Assembly (NCBI GenBank): GCA_041496385.1 | Contig: JBGQEL010000040.1 | Coordinates: forward strand, 1 to 34,193 | Direction of reading: 5' to 3' | DNA length: 34,193 bases | Origin: Candidatus Methylomirabilia bacterium | GTDB lineage: Bacteria > Methylomirabilota > Methylomirabilia > Rokubacteriales > CSP1-6 | Shown here: piece by piece, positions 17,873-27,588 of the stretch | Layout of the letters: each line of letters opens with the position of its first letter | Numbering within the stretch: position 1 is the stretch's first letter | The notes under the pieces: model-generated | Told to the model about the DNA's origin: nothing | The model's database searches: none | What the model saw: the letters and a program-made list of their open reading frames with translations, nothing else | Position numbers and translations under genes: made by a program

Positions 17873-19834
17873 TCACCACGAGCTCTTGATCTCGCCGGCC
17901 GCCGCGGCCGCGGACGCCGGGACGAGCTGCCGGCGTACGGCGGCGCGCTCCCTGAGGACGAGCCCGGCGCCGAGGCAGATGCCGATCAGGTCGGGCACGA
18001 AGTGAGGGACGCCGCCCATCGACGGCAGGAACAGCGCGAAGCCGGCGGCGCAGGCCCACGCGCGCCCGCCCCAGCCGAGCGGGCGGAAGAGATAGCCGGC
18101 GCAGCCGATCCCCACGAGCACGACGCCGAGGGCCGCCGTGATCACGGCCAACACGATCTCGCCCACACCCCCGACCAGGATGAGCGCCGGCTGGAACGCG
18201 AACATGAAGGGCACTACGTAGGCGACGCTCGCCAGCCGCATCCCGGTCCAGCCGGTCTTCCAGAAGTCGGCGTGCGCGATGGCCGCCGCCGTGTAGGTCG
18301 GCAGGCAGTCGGGGGGCGTGATCAGCGAGATCATGCCGAAGTAGAACAGGAACAGGTGCGCGGCCAGCGGCAGGATGCCGACCTGGGTGAGCGCAGGCCC
18401 GACCAGCACGGCCAGCGTGATGTACACGACGGTCGTCGGCAGCGGCAGGCCCAGAAAGAGGCAGCCCAGCGCCGTGAGCACGAGGAGCAGGAAGGCGTTG
18501 CCACCGGACACCGTGACGAGGAGCATCGAGATCTTGAAAACGAAGCCCGAGAGATTCAGGGTCCCGATGACGATGCCCGCCAGCGCCGTGATGGCGACGA
18601 TGTCCAGCATCGTGCGGCCGGTCTCCTCGACACTCCTGACGATGTCCTTGAAGGACGCCCGGGTCTCCTTCCGGAGCGCGCCGACGAGAAATGTCGAGAC
18701 GACGGCGGCCATGCCCGATGGCCCGGCCTCCCAGCCGGCGATCATCAGCGTGTAGATCAGGACACCGAGCGGCATCAGAAAGACCCACCCGCGGCGCATC
18801 ACGGCCCGGAGCTTCGGAAGCTGATACGCCGGCAGCCCGGCCAGGCCCCACTTGGCGGCCTCGAGGTCCACCTGCGTGAAGAGCGCCAGGTAGTAGAGAC
18901 AGGCGGGGACGGCGGCGGCGAGGGCGACCTGACCGTAGGAGATGTTGAGGAACTCGGCGATCAGGAACGCCGCCGCGCCCATCACCGGCGGCATGATCTG
19001 GCCCCCGGTCGAGGCGACCGCCTCGATGGCCGCGGCCACGTGCGGCTTGTAGCCGGTCTGTTTCATCAGCGGAATGCTGAAGGCGCCGTTCACGGCGACG
19101 TTGGCGACCGCGCTGCCCGACACCGTGCCGAAGAGCGCCGACGACACGACGGACACCTTGGCCGCGCCCCCGCGGTATCGCCCCATCGCCACCATGGCGA
19201 GGTCCATGAGGAACTTGTCGCCGCGGACCGCGTAGAGGGCCTGGCCGAAGAAGATGAACGCGACCAGCACGCTCGCCGCCACGTTCAGCGGCACGCCGAA
19301 GAGCCCGCTCGAGTCCAGGTAGAGGTAGGTCGCGAGGCGCCCCCACGACGCGCCCTTCGCCTCGAGCAGCCCGGGGAACAGGTAGGAGAACCTGGCGTAG
19401 AGCACCAGCGCGAGCGCGACCCACGCGAGCGTCCCGCCCGCGATGCGACGCGTCGCCTCGAGGACCAGGAGCACGGCGGCGCCGGCCAGGAGCGAACGAT
19501 CGAGCGTCAGGACGCCCAGGCGGTAGGCGATCGTCGGATACATGACCGTGACGTACATCCCGACGACGAGGCCCCCGCCGGCCAGGATCCAGTCGTACCA
19601 CGGCACCCGGACGCCGCTCTCGCGCCGCCGCCCCTTGATCGAGACGAACACGCTGGCCAGCGCGAGCGCCAGGAACAGGCCGAGGAACTGCTCGTTGAAG
19701 AACGCGAACGGGAGGTGGTGGTGAACCTGCGTGGCCCAGAGCGCTCCGACGAGGGTGAGCGTGATCAGCAACACCCGCTCGATCACCCGCGCCGCTCCAC
19801 CGAGGCGGCGGAATTTGGAGACGCTCTCGGCCAC
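17873..19834 (-). CDS. TRAP transporter fused 4TM/12TM permease (TAXI type)
   Basis: GGAAKVSVVSSALFGTVSGSAVANV, EAVASTGGQIMPPVMGAAAF, ITPP. GTG start 8 nt after the TAXI gene stop. Confidence 0.93.
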   Translation of the reverse strand: MAESVSKFRRLGGAARVIERVLLITLTLVGALWATQVHHHLPFAFFNEQFLGLFLALALASVFVSIKGRRRESGVRVPWYDWILAGGGLVVGMYVTVMYPTIAYRLGVLTLDRSLLAGAAVLLVLEATRRIAGGTLAWVALALVLYARFSYLFPGLLEAKGASWGRLATYLYLDSSGLFGVPLNVAASVLVAFIFFGQALYAVRGDKFLMDLAMVAMGRYRGGAAKVSVVSSALFGTVSGSAVANVAVNGAFSIPLMKQTGYKPHVAAAIEAVASTGGQIMPPVMGAAAFLIAEFLNISYGQVALAAAVPACLYYLALFTQVDLEAAKWGLAGLPAYQLPKLRAVMRRGWVFLMPLGVLIYTLMIAGWEAGPSGMAAVVSTFLVGALRKETRASFKDIVRSVEETGRTMLDIVAITALAGIVIGTLNLSGFVFKISMLLVTVSGGNAFLLLVLTALGCLFLGLPLPTTVVYITLAVLVGPALTQVGILPLAAHLFLFYFGMISLITPPDCLPTYTAAAIAHADFWKTGWTGMRLASVAYVVPFMFAFQPALILVGGVGEIVLAVITAALGVVLVGIGCAGYLFRPLGWGGRAWACAAGFALFLPSMGGVPHFVPDLIGICLGAGLVLRERAAVRRQLVPASAAAAAGEIKSSW

Positions 19835-19842
19835 GCCGCGCC

Positions 19843-20877
19843 CTACCGCGCGCCGAACGACAGGAGCTGCTGCTGGACGCGGTCCATCTCCGCTGGCCAG
19901 GCGTTCCGCTCCTTGTAGAAACGGATGGCCGCCGGGTGGTAGGGAATCGTCGCTTCCCTGGTCACCGCGCGCTCGCGCGTCCATTCCTTGAAGATCGGAT
20001 GCAGCGGCGCGAGCTTGCCCATGTCGTCCCAGAGCGGCTTGAGCACCGTGTCGACGACCTGGTCCGGCACGCCCTTGCCCACCGCGAGGTAGATGTCGTA
20101 GGCGATCACGCAGGTGTCCTCGACGACGGCCGTGGCGTCGCCTTTCTTCACCCAGCGCGGGTAGTAGCCAGGCACCGCCGCGCGGAGTCGCTTCTCACCC
20201 TCGGACGAGCAGTCGTCGGAGATGTGACGCACGCCGACGGAGACGTCGGCCTCCTTGATCTTCGCGGCGTTCAGCGCGAACTCGGTGACCTCGGCACGCC
20301 CCTGGACGAGCGCGTCGAGCCCCTCGTTGATCGCGGGCACGGGCACGACCTTCACGTCGTTCCAGCCGAGCCCCGCGCTCGCGAGGTGGCCGAACATGTT
20401 GTACCAGACGGCCAGGTGCGCCGGGTACTCACCCGTCATGCGCCGGCCCTTGATCTCGTGAACGGTCTTGATCGGCGAGTCCCGGCGCACCAGCAGACCC
20501 ACCAGGAAGGGCGAGCCGTTCATCACGAGCCGGATGCCGGGCGCGTGGGGAAAGGGGTTGCGCCCGCCGATCTTGAACGCGGGGCCGCGGTAGGTGAGCG
20601 CCATGTCCACGGCGTTCACGACGCCGAACTCCAGTTCGCCGCTCTCGAGCAGCGGCAGGAACGTGCTCGATCCGGAGTACGGCTGGACAGTCATCCTGAC
20701 GGCGCCGCCCTCGCTCGTGACCTTGCTGAGCCCGCTGGCGATCGCGTAGAACGCCGTGCCCGGCGGGTTGCTGCCGACGCTGACCGCCTTTTGCGCCGCG
20801 GCCGGCGCGGCGCCGCACAGCAGCATCGAGAGCGCCGCGACCGCCATCTTGACGCGTTGTGGCGACGAGAGATCCAT
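19843..20877 (-). CDS. TAXI family TRAP solute-binding subunit
   Basis: SD GGAGG, signal peptide, GSNPPGTAFY, SGSS, IPYHPAAIRFYKE. Adjacent to the fused permease. Confidence 0.9.
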   Translation of the reverse strand: MDLSSPQRVKMAVAALSMLLCGAAPAAAQKAVSVGSNPPGTAFYAIASGLSKVTSEGGAVRMTVQPYSGSSTFLPLLESGELEFGVVNAVDMALTYRGPAFKIGGRNPFPHAPGIRLVMNGSPFLVGLLVRRDSPIKTVHEIKGRRMTGEYPAHLAVWYNMFGHLASAGLGWNDVKVVPVPAINEGLDALVQGRAEVTEFALNAAKIKEADVSVGVRHISDDCSSEGEKRLRAAVPGYYPRWVKKGDATAVVEDTCVIAYDIYLAVGKGVPDQVVDTVLKPLWDDMGKLAPLHPIFKEWTRERAVTREATIPYHPAAIRFYKERNAWPAEMDRVQQQLLSFGAR

Positions 20878-20927
20878 CGGGTTTCCTCCGGCCGCAGAGC
20901 ATAGCACTTCGGGTAGAGTATGAAGCC

Positions 20928-21668
20928 ATGACCTCCGGGCGCGTGCGCGGCGGCTTCAATCAGTACGGCTTCACCGTCGGCATCCTCATGCTCGACACGC
21001 GCTTCCCGCGGATCCCGGGCGACATGGGCAACGCCACGACCTTTCCGTTCCCGGTCCGCTATCACCGGGTGGCCGGGGCCGATCCGGACCTCGTCGTCCG
21101 CCGTGGCGCGGAGGGGCTGCTGCCCGCGTTCGTCGAGGGCGCCAAGTCTCTCGAGGGCGAGGGCGTCGGCGCGATCACGACGAACTGCGGGTTCCTCGTC
21201 AAGTACCAGCGCGAGCTGGCGGCGGCGGTGCGGATTCCCGTCTTCACCTCGAGCCTGCTCCTCGTGCCCCTCGTCCACCGCATGCTGCCTGCGGGCAAGC
21301 GGGTGGGCATCATGACGGTCAGCGGCGCCTCGCTCAAGCCCGAGCACCTCGCGGGCGCGGGGATCGGCGACCACGTGCCCCTCGCGGTCGCGGGCATGGA
21401 GACGGAGAAGGAGTTCACCCGGGTGCTGCTGGGCGACGAGATGGTGCTCGACCCGAACCTGGCGCGCGAGGAGCACGTGCGGGTGGCGCGCCGGCTCGTC
21501 GCCGAGCATCCCGACGTCGGTGCCATCGTCCTCGAGTGCACGAACATGCCGCCCTACACGGCCGACATTCAACGCGAGACGGGGCTGCCCGTGTTCGACA
21601 TCGTCACGCTCGTCGTCATGGCGCACAACGCGCTGGCGGCGGGGCTCCCTCCGCGCTCCGCGCCCTGA
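20928..21668 (+). CDS. Aspartate/glutamate racemase superfamily protein
   Basis: GILMLDTRFPRIPGDMGNA, two catalytic-type Cys motifs TNCGF and LECTNMPP. Confidence 0.85.
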   Translation: MTSGRVRGGFNQYGFTVGILMLDTRFPRIPGDMGNATTFPFPVRYHRVAGADPDLVVRRGAEGLLPAFVEGAKSLEGEGVGAITTNCGFLVKYQRELAAAVRIPVFTSSLLLVPLVHRMLPAGKRVGIMTVSGASLKPEHLAGAGIGDHVPLAVAGMETEKEFTRVLLGDEMVLDPNLAREEHVRVARRLVAEHPDVGAIVLECTNMPPYTADIQRETGLPVFDIVTLVVMAHNALAAGLPPRSAP

Positions 21669-21671
21669 GAC

Positions 21672-22079
21672 CTAGCGGGCGGCCGACCCGCGGCCCGTCA
21701 AGCGCGCGAGGATCTGACGGTCGGCCGGCGGGAATTCGAACTCGTCGAGGCGATCGGGCGTCACCCACCGCATGATCTGTGATTCGCGCGGCGAGATCGT
21801 GCCCGACTCGTGCACGCAACGGTAGAAGCGCAGGACCACGGTCCGGTCGGGGTACTCCCACGTGACCGTGTCGACCTCCTCGCCGACCTGGAACGAGGCG
21901 CCCAGCTCCTCCGTCAGCTCGCGACGCAGCGCCGCCTCGGGGAGCTCGCCCGCCTCGATCTTCCCGCCCGGGAACTCCCACAGGCCCCCGAGGTGCGACC
22001 CGCGGGGGCGCTGGGTGATGAGGTAGCGTCCGGCGTCGTCCTGGATCACTCCGGCGACCACCTCGATGACGATGTGCAT
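21672..22079 (-). CDS. mutT: NUDIX hydrolase, MutT-like 8-oxo-dGTP diphosphatase
   Basis: GLWEFPGGKIEAGE...RRELTEELG Nudix box, FPPAD. Lies near mutY. Confidence 0.8.
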   Translation of the reverse strand: MHIVIEVVAGVIQDDAGRYLITQRPRGSHLGGLWEFPGGKIEAGELPEAALRRELTEELGASFQVGEEVDTVTWEYPDRTVVLRFYRCVHESGTISPRESQIMRWVTPDRLDEFEFPPADRQILARLTGRGSAAR

Positions 22080-22083
22080 CGCG

Positions 22084-22515
22084 CTAGGAGGCCGTCCAGC
22101 CGCCGTCCACCGGAAGGACGGCGCCGGTGACGTAGCGCGCGTGGTCGGAGGCGAGGTAGAGACACGCCTGCTCGACGGCCGCCGCCTTCGCGAACTGGTG
22201 GAGCCCGGCCTTCGAGGCCACGTAGGACGAGAACTCGGGCACCGCGGCCGTGCCGACCGCCGAGCCGATGTGGACGATGGACCCGCCGCCCGCGGCGCGC
22301 ATGGCGGGCACGGCGGCCTTGGTGAGGACGAAGGCGCCGAGGAGCGCGGCGCCGCCCGCCTGCTCGATGGCCCCGGCCACCTCCCGGAGGGGCTCGGGAC
22401 GACGCCCGAACACGACGACGCGCGCGCCCTCACGGGCGAATAGGAGCGCGGTCGCGCGGCCGATGCCGGTGCCGCCGCCGGCGACCAGCGCCACCTTATC
22501 GCTGAGCGAGGCCAA
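22084..22515 (-). pseudogene. SDR oxidoreductase with two large in-frame internal deletions (143 aa)
   Basis: Keeps AGGGTGIG, GGGSIV..GS, YVASK and YLAS...VTGAVLPVDGG. Lacks the D...NNAG segment and the IRVN..PG segment typical of ~250-aa SDRs. Confidence 0.7.
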
Positions 22516-23173
22516 TGGAGCTCCCGTAGGTCGCGCAGAAGGACTTCATCGGGCACGCGTCGCACTTCGGCTTGCGCGGGGTGCACCAGGTCGCGCCAAA
22601 ATCCATGATCGCCTGGTTGAAGTCGTAGGCGCGCCCCGGCGGCACGAGCGCCTCGGCGAGGTCCCAGAGCGCGCCGTCGCCGCGCAGGCGCGCGAGCCGC
22701 CGGGGGCCCAGGAAGACCCGGCCCAGGACGCGGCGCACGTTGGTGTCGAGCACCGCCGCGTCGCGGCCGTACGCGAACGAGAGGATCGCGCCCGCCGTGT
22801 AGCGGCCGACGCCCGGCAGCCGGCGGAGATCCTCCGCGGTCTCGGGCAGCCGGCCGCCGTAGCTCGCGACCGCCTCGCGCGCGATCGCGTGCAGGCGCAC
22901 GGGGCGGATGTTGTAGCCGAGCGGGTACCAGAGCCGGCGGACGTCGTCCACGCGAGCCCGCGCGAGGCTCCGGAGCGTCGGATAGCGCCGGAGGAACTCG
23001 CGATACTTGGGGACGACGCGGTCCACCTGGGTCTGCTGCAGCATGATCTCCGACACGAGCACGCGGTACGGCGCGCGCGTGCGGCGCCAGGGAAGATCGC
23101 GACCGTGCCTTGCGTACCAGGCGAGGAGGCGCCGCTGGAAGCGGCGGAGGAGCCGGGCCGCCGGCGGTTTCAC
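22496..23173 (-). CDS. mutY: A/G-specific adenine glycosylase, catalytic domain only
   Basis: RDLPWR, VSEIMLQQTQV, LGY, HhH LPGVGRYTAGA, DTNVRRV, NQAIMDFGA, 4Fe-4S motif CTPRKPKCDACPMKSFC. Confidence 0.88.
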   Translation of the reverse strand: MKPPAARLLRRFQRRLLAWYARHGRDLPWRRTRAPYRVLVSEIMLQQTQVDRVVPKYREFLRRYPTLRSLARARVDDVRRLWYPLGYNIRPVRLHAIAREAVASYGGRLPETAEDLRRLPGVGRYTAGAILSFAYGRDAAVLDTNVRRVLGRVFLGPRRLARLRGDGALWDLAEALVPPGRAYDFNQAIMDFGATWCTPRKPKCDACPMKSFCATYGSSIGLAQR

Positions 23174-23233
23174 GGCGCGCAGTGTAGCACGGGCATGCGC
23201 GCCGTCCTGGCGTGCCTGGGCTAGAATCGCCGC
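23174..23233. promoter_or_regulatory. Back-to-back putative leaderless promoters
   Basis: Minus strand: TGcTACACT (hexamer at 23186-23181), 7 nt before the mutY GTG. Plus strand: TAGAAT (23222-23227), 6 nt before the ATG at 23234. No SD on either side. Confidence 0.6.
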
Positions 23234-24472
23234 ATGACCCGAGGGATTGTCGCGGCGCTCGCGAGCCTCGCCCTCGCGGCCGGCGCCGCGCGCGCCGAGA
23301 CGCTCGGCGAGCTCCTGAACGCGCGCGGCCTGACGCCCCCCGCCGGCAGCGTGCCGGGCCTCGACCAGGCCGTTCAGGGCTCCCAGGTTCTCGACGACCC
23401 GCGCGGCGTGTTCGCGGTCCACCAGGTCGGCGGGCGCGAGTCCGCCCGGCTCCAGGCGACGCGCTGGGAGCGCGCCTCGCGGACCTGGACGAGCGTGCCC
23501 CTCGAGTGGAGCGCGGGCGCGCTCGGGGTCGATCTCTGCCGGGGCGGCCTCGCGATCGAGCCGTTCGCCGGCGGGTTTCTGGTGACGGCCCACATCAACC
23601 CTTCGGCCGAGTGCACGCTCGTGCTCGGGCCGGATCTGAGTGTCCGCGCCGTCCTCGCCGGCTGGCCGGTCGCGAAGCTCGCCGACGGCCGGATCGTCTA
23701 TCGACGCAACCAGATCCACTTCGCCTCGTTCCATCCCGTCGGGATCGCGCTCTTCGATCCGCGCGGGCCCGCGGAGGTCACGCTCTACCCGCGCGAGCCC
23801 TATCAGGCCGCCCGCGCCGCGCACGTCGCCAGGATGCGCGCGGTGTACACGCAGAGCTGGTGCGCCGCGCACAACCATCCCTGCGACCCGGAGATCTTCG
23901 ACGAGCACGTCGCGGGCGAGATCGTGACGGACGCGCGCGGCGACGCGCTGGCGTTCGTCATGGCGTGGGACAACACGACGGGCTGGAGCGACGCGGAGCG
24001 CTGGGGGCGGCTCGAGGCCTTCCGCGAGACGCGCGCGGCCCTGGCGCGCTGGGACGGGCGTGGCGACCCGCCGGCCGACCTCCATCGGGGCCTCGCCGCC
24101 GGCCTCGCCCGCATCCGGAACATGAAGGGCGAGCGGCACGTGACGGCCGCGCTCGAGGGCGAGCCCGCGCTGCGCGATCTCGTCGGGTCCGCTCTCGGCG
24201 CCGCGCCCGCCGTCGGGCGTGCCCCTCAGGCCTGGCTCGTGGCGCTGGACGCGCGCTGGGCAGAGGCCGCGACGTGGCAGCGGCTCGCACGCGCCGTCGC
24301 GGTCGCCGACGAGTTCACGGAGGTCGTGTACGTCTACGCGAACCTGCGCCGGCCGGCACGCATCCGATATCGCGAGCTGCTACGAAACGATTTTGCGGCG
24401 CGCTTCGGCGCGATCCCGCTTCGCCGCGCGCTCGAGCCCGACCTCCTGCGTCAGATCCTCGGCGCCGACTAG
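23234..24472 (+). CDS. Hypothetical secreted protein
   Basis: Sec-type signal peptide (...AAGAARA|E), genome-typical codon use, fills the gap between mutY and the ygfZ-like gene. No family recognised. Confidence 0.75.
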   Translation: MTRGIVAALASLALAAGAARAETLGELLNARGLTPPAGSVPGLDQAVQGSQVLDDPRGVFAVHQVGGRESARLQATRWERASRTWTSVPLEWSAGALGVDLCRGGLAIEPFAGGFLVTAHINPSAECTLVLGPDLSVRAVLAGWPVAKLADGRIVYRRNQIHFASFHPVGIALFDPRGPAEVTLYPREPYQAARAAHVARMRAVYTQSWCAAHNHPCDPEIFDEHVAGEIVTDARGDALAFVMAWDNTTGWSDAERWGRLEAFRETRAALARWDGRGDPPADLHRGLAAGLARIRNMKGERHVTAALEGEPALRDLVGSALGAAPAVGRAPQAWLVALDARWAEAATWQRLARAVAVADEFTEVVYVYANLRRPARIRYRELLRNDFAARFGAIPLRRALEPDLLRQILGAD

Positions 24473-24546
24473 GCTGGACGGGTGGCGCGGTGGCGGCAGG
24501 TGCCGGCGGAGCGTCTCCGCAACGGCCGCTCATGTAGAATGAGCGC

Positions 24547-25554
24547 GTGACCGACCGCCTTCCGCTCGACCATGGAGACGCCGCCGCCGAGTATCGTGCC
24601 GTGCGCGAGGGCCTGGGGCTCGTGGACCGCCGCGACCACGGCGTGGTCGAGGTGACGGGGCGCGACCGCGCGGCCTTTCTTCACGCGCTCCTCTCCAACG
24701 ACGTCAAGGGCCGCGCGCCGGGCCAGGGGTGCGCCGCCACGCTGCTCGACGTGCACGGCAAGGTCCAGGTCGTGCTCCTCGTCTGGGTGCTCGACGACCG
24801 CATCCTGCTCGTCGCGCCCCCCGGCATGGCGCAGAAGGTCCTCGAGGCGCTCGACAACTATCTCTTCTCCGAGAAGGTCGAGCTGCGCGACGCCAGCGAG
24901 GAGAGCGCGCTGTTCCTCCTCGCGGGCCCTCGGGCCCACGCGACGGTCGAGCGCCTCACGGGCGCGCGGCCCGGCGACGCGGCCTGGTCGCACGTGGCGG
25001 CGACGCTCGAGGGCACGGCGCTGAGACTGGTGAGCGGGGGAGGCGAGACCGGCGGCCCGGAGGTGTGGGTCGTCGCGGCGGCACGGGACGGCGCGCGTGT
25101 GCGGGACGTGCTCGTCGGTGCGGGGGCGCGCTCGGTCGGGCTCACCGCGCTCGAGTCGCTCCGGATCGAGGCCGGTACGCCCCTCTTCGGTCACGACGTC
25201 GACCCGGCAGTGCTGCTCCCCGAGATCCCGTTCGAGAATCTCGTCTCGTACACGAAGGGCTGCTATCCCGGCCAGGAAGTGGTCGTCCGGATCCGCGACC
25301 GCGGCCACGTGAACCGCCATCTCCGCGGCCTCGTGCTGGAGGGCGATGCCGTTCCCCCGCGCGACGCCGAGGTCCTCGCCGGGGACGCGGCCGCCGGCGC
25401 GGTGACGAGCGCCGCGTGGTCGTTCGGTCTCCAGCGCCCGATCGCGCTCGCCCTGCTGCGGCGGCAGCATGCCGAGCCCGGCACGGCCGTCGCGGTGCGG
25501 CTCGGCGAGCGGGTGGTCCCGGCCCGGGTCAGCGGCCTGCCGTTCACGCGGTGA
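24547..25554 (+). CDS. YgfZ/GcvT family folate-binding protein
   Basis: [16 protein letters not shown], YgfZ signature KGCYPGQE. Confidence 0.9.
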   Translation: MTDRLPLDHGDAAAEYRAVREGLGLVDRRDHGVVEVTGRDRAAFLHALLSNDVKGRAPGQGCAATLLDVHGKVQVVLLVWVLDDRILLVAPPGMAQKVLEALDNYLFSEKVELRDASEESALFLLAGPRAHATVERLTGARPGDAAWSHVAATLEGTALRLVSGGGETGGPEVWVVAAARDGARVRDVLVGAGARSVGLTALESLRIEAGTPLFGHDVDPAVLLPEIPFENLVSYTKGCYPGQEVVVRIRDRGHVNRHLRGLVLEGDAVPPRDAEVLAGDAAAGAVTSAAWSFGLQRPIALALLRRQHAEPGTAVAVRLGERVVPARVSGLPFTR

Positions 25555-25568
25555 ATCCGGAGAATCGC

Positions 25569-27584
25569 GTGGCCGAGAATCGGCTCGCGCGCGAGACCAG
25601 TCCCTATCTGCTCCAGCACGCGCACAACCCCGTCGACTGGTACCCGTGGGGTGACGAGGCGTTCGCGCGCGCGCGCGCCGAGGACAAGCCGGTGCTCCTC
25701 TCGGTCGGCTATTCCGCCTGTCACTGGTGTCACGTGATGGAGCGTGAGTCGTTCGAGAACGACGAGATCGCCGCGCTGATGAACCGTCACTTCGTGAACG
25801 TCAAGGTGGACCGCGAGGAGCGGCCGGACGTGGACCAGATCTACATGCAGGCGGTGCAGTCCATGACGGGCCACGGCGGCTGGCCCATGACGGTCTTCCT
25901 CACGCCGGACGGCGAGCCCTTCTACGGCGGCACGTATTTTCCGCCCGAGGAGCGCCACGGCCTTCCCGGGTTCCCGCGCCTCCTGACGGGCATCGCCGAC
26001 GCGTGGGCGAGCCGGCGGGGGGAGGTCCTCTCCTCCGCGCGCCAGATCGGCGAGGCGCTGGGCCAGTCGGATCGGCTGCGCGGCGCCACCCAGCTCCTGA
26101 CCCACGAGATCCCGCTCTCCGCGTTCCAGACGCTCTCGTCCCAGTTCGACGACGCCGACGGCGGACTCGGCGGCGCGCCGAAGTTCCCGCAGCCGATGAT
26201 CTGGGAGTTCGTCCTGCGCTGCTGGAAGCGCTCGAAGAACCCGCGCGCGAGCCAGATGGCGCACACGACGCTCACCATGATGGCGCGCGGCGGCATGTAC
26301 GACCAGGTCGGCGGCGGTTTCCACCGCTACTCGGTGGACGAGCACTGGCTGGTGCCGCACTTCGAGAAGATGCTCTACGACAACGGCCAGCTCGCCTCGC
26401 TCTACCTGCACGGCTGGCTCGCCTTCGGCGATCCCGAATGCCGCCGCGTCTGCGAGGAGACCCTCGACTACCTCCTGCGCGAGATGACCGACGGGGGCGG
26501 CGGCTTCTACTCGGCGACGGACGCCGACTCGGAGGGCCACGAGGGGAAGTTCTTCGTCTGGACGCCCGAGGAGCTGCGCGAGGTCCTCGGGGCCGACGAC
26601 GCGGAGTTCGCCGCGCGCTACTGGGGCGTGGCGGAGGGACCGAACTTCGAGGGCAAGAGCATCCTCTACGTCGCGGGCGAGCCCGACGCCGAGCGCATCG
26701 CGCCGATCAAACGCAAGCTCCACGCGGCGCGCGCGCGGCGCGTGTCCCCGCTCCGCGACGAGAAGGTGCTGGCCGCGTGGAACGGCCTGGCGTGCCGGGC
26801 CTTCGCCGAGGCGGGCCGGGCGCTCGGCCGGCCCGACTACGTCGCCGCCGCGGTGAGGAACGCCGACTTCGTGCTTCGCGAGATGCGGCGCGACGGCCGG
26901 CTGCTCCGGACGTGGAAGGCGGGCGAGGCGAAGCTCAAGGGCTACCTGGAGGACTACGCGCTGGTGGCCGCGGCGCTCGTCGACGTCTACGAGGCGACCT
27001 TCGACCGCCGCTGGCTCGACGAGGCGCGCGGCCTCGCCGACGCGATGCTGGGGCTCTTCTGGGACGGAAAGCTCGAGGGCTTCTACGACACCGGCACCGA
27101 CCACGAGCGGCTCATCGTCCGGCCGCGCAACCTGTTCGACAACGCGGTGCCCTGCGGCAGCTCGGTGGCCATCGAGACGCTGCTCAGGCTCGCGGTCCTG
27201 ACCGGCGAGCGGCGCTACGAGTCCGCGGCGCTCCAGGCGCTCCGGCCGATGGCCGACCTCATGACGCGCCACGCGTCGGGCTTCGGCCGCTACCTCTCGG
27301 CGCTCGATTTTCACCTCGGCCCGGTGCTCGAGGTGGCGCTCGTGGCGGGGAACGCCGGCGACGGCCTTCAGGCGCTGACGGCCGAGGTCTTCGGCCGCTA
27401 CCTGCCGAACCGCGTCGTGACCGGCATGGCGGCGGGCGACACGGCGGCCGCCGAGGGCATCCCGCTGCTCCGGCAGCGCCCGGCGGTCGGTGGCGAGGCG
27501 ACGGCCTACGTCTGCCGCAACTACGCCTGCGAGCTTCCCCTCACGGACCCCGCCGCGCTCGCGCGGCGGCTCGACGAGGCCTGA
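25569..27584 (+). CDS. Thioredoxin domain-containing protein, YyaL/SSP411 family (alternative start 25551)
   Basis: [73 protein letters not shown]. Confidence 0.93.
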   Translation: MAENRLARETSPYLLQHAHNPVDWYPWGDEAFARARAEDKPVLLSVGYSACHWCHVMERESFENDEIAALMNRHFVNVKVDREERPDVDQIYMQAVQSMTGHGGWPMTVFLTPDGEPFYGGTYFPPEERHGLPGFPRLLTGIADAWASRRGEVLSSARQIGEALGQSDRLRGATQLLTHEIPLSAFQTLSSQFDDADGGLGGAPKFPQPMIWEFVLRCWKRSKNPRASQMAHTTLTMMARGGMYDQVGGGFHRYSVDEHWLVPHFEKMLYDNGQLASLYLHGWLAFGDPECRRVCEETLDYLLREMTDGGGGFYSATDADSEGHEGKFFVWTPEELREVLGADDAEFAARYWGVAEGPNFEGKSILYVAGEPDAERIAPIKRKLHAARARRVSPLRDEKVLAAWNGLACRAFAEAGRALGRPDYVAAAVRNADFVLREMRRDGRLLRTWKAGEAKLKGYLEDYALVAAALVDVYEATFDRRWLDEARGLADAMLGLFWDGKLEGFYDTGTDHERLIVRPRNLFDNAVPCGSSVAIETLLRLAVLTGERRYESAALQALRPMADLMTRHASGFGRYLSALDFHLGPVLEVALVAGNAGDGLQALTAEVFGRYLPNRVVTGMAAGDTAAAEGIPLLRQRPAVGGEATAYVCRNYACELPLTDPAALARRLDEA

Positions 27585-27588
27585 GCCG

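Noticed and set aside
24729..25568. Apparent N-terminal extension of YyaL to 951 aa (similar extensions for queG, VOC, tctA, tctC, mutY, mutT)
   Set aside because: The extensions are Arg/Pro-rich translations overlapping neighbouring genes. Family homology starts at the downstream start codons I used.
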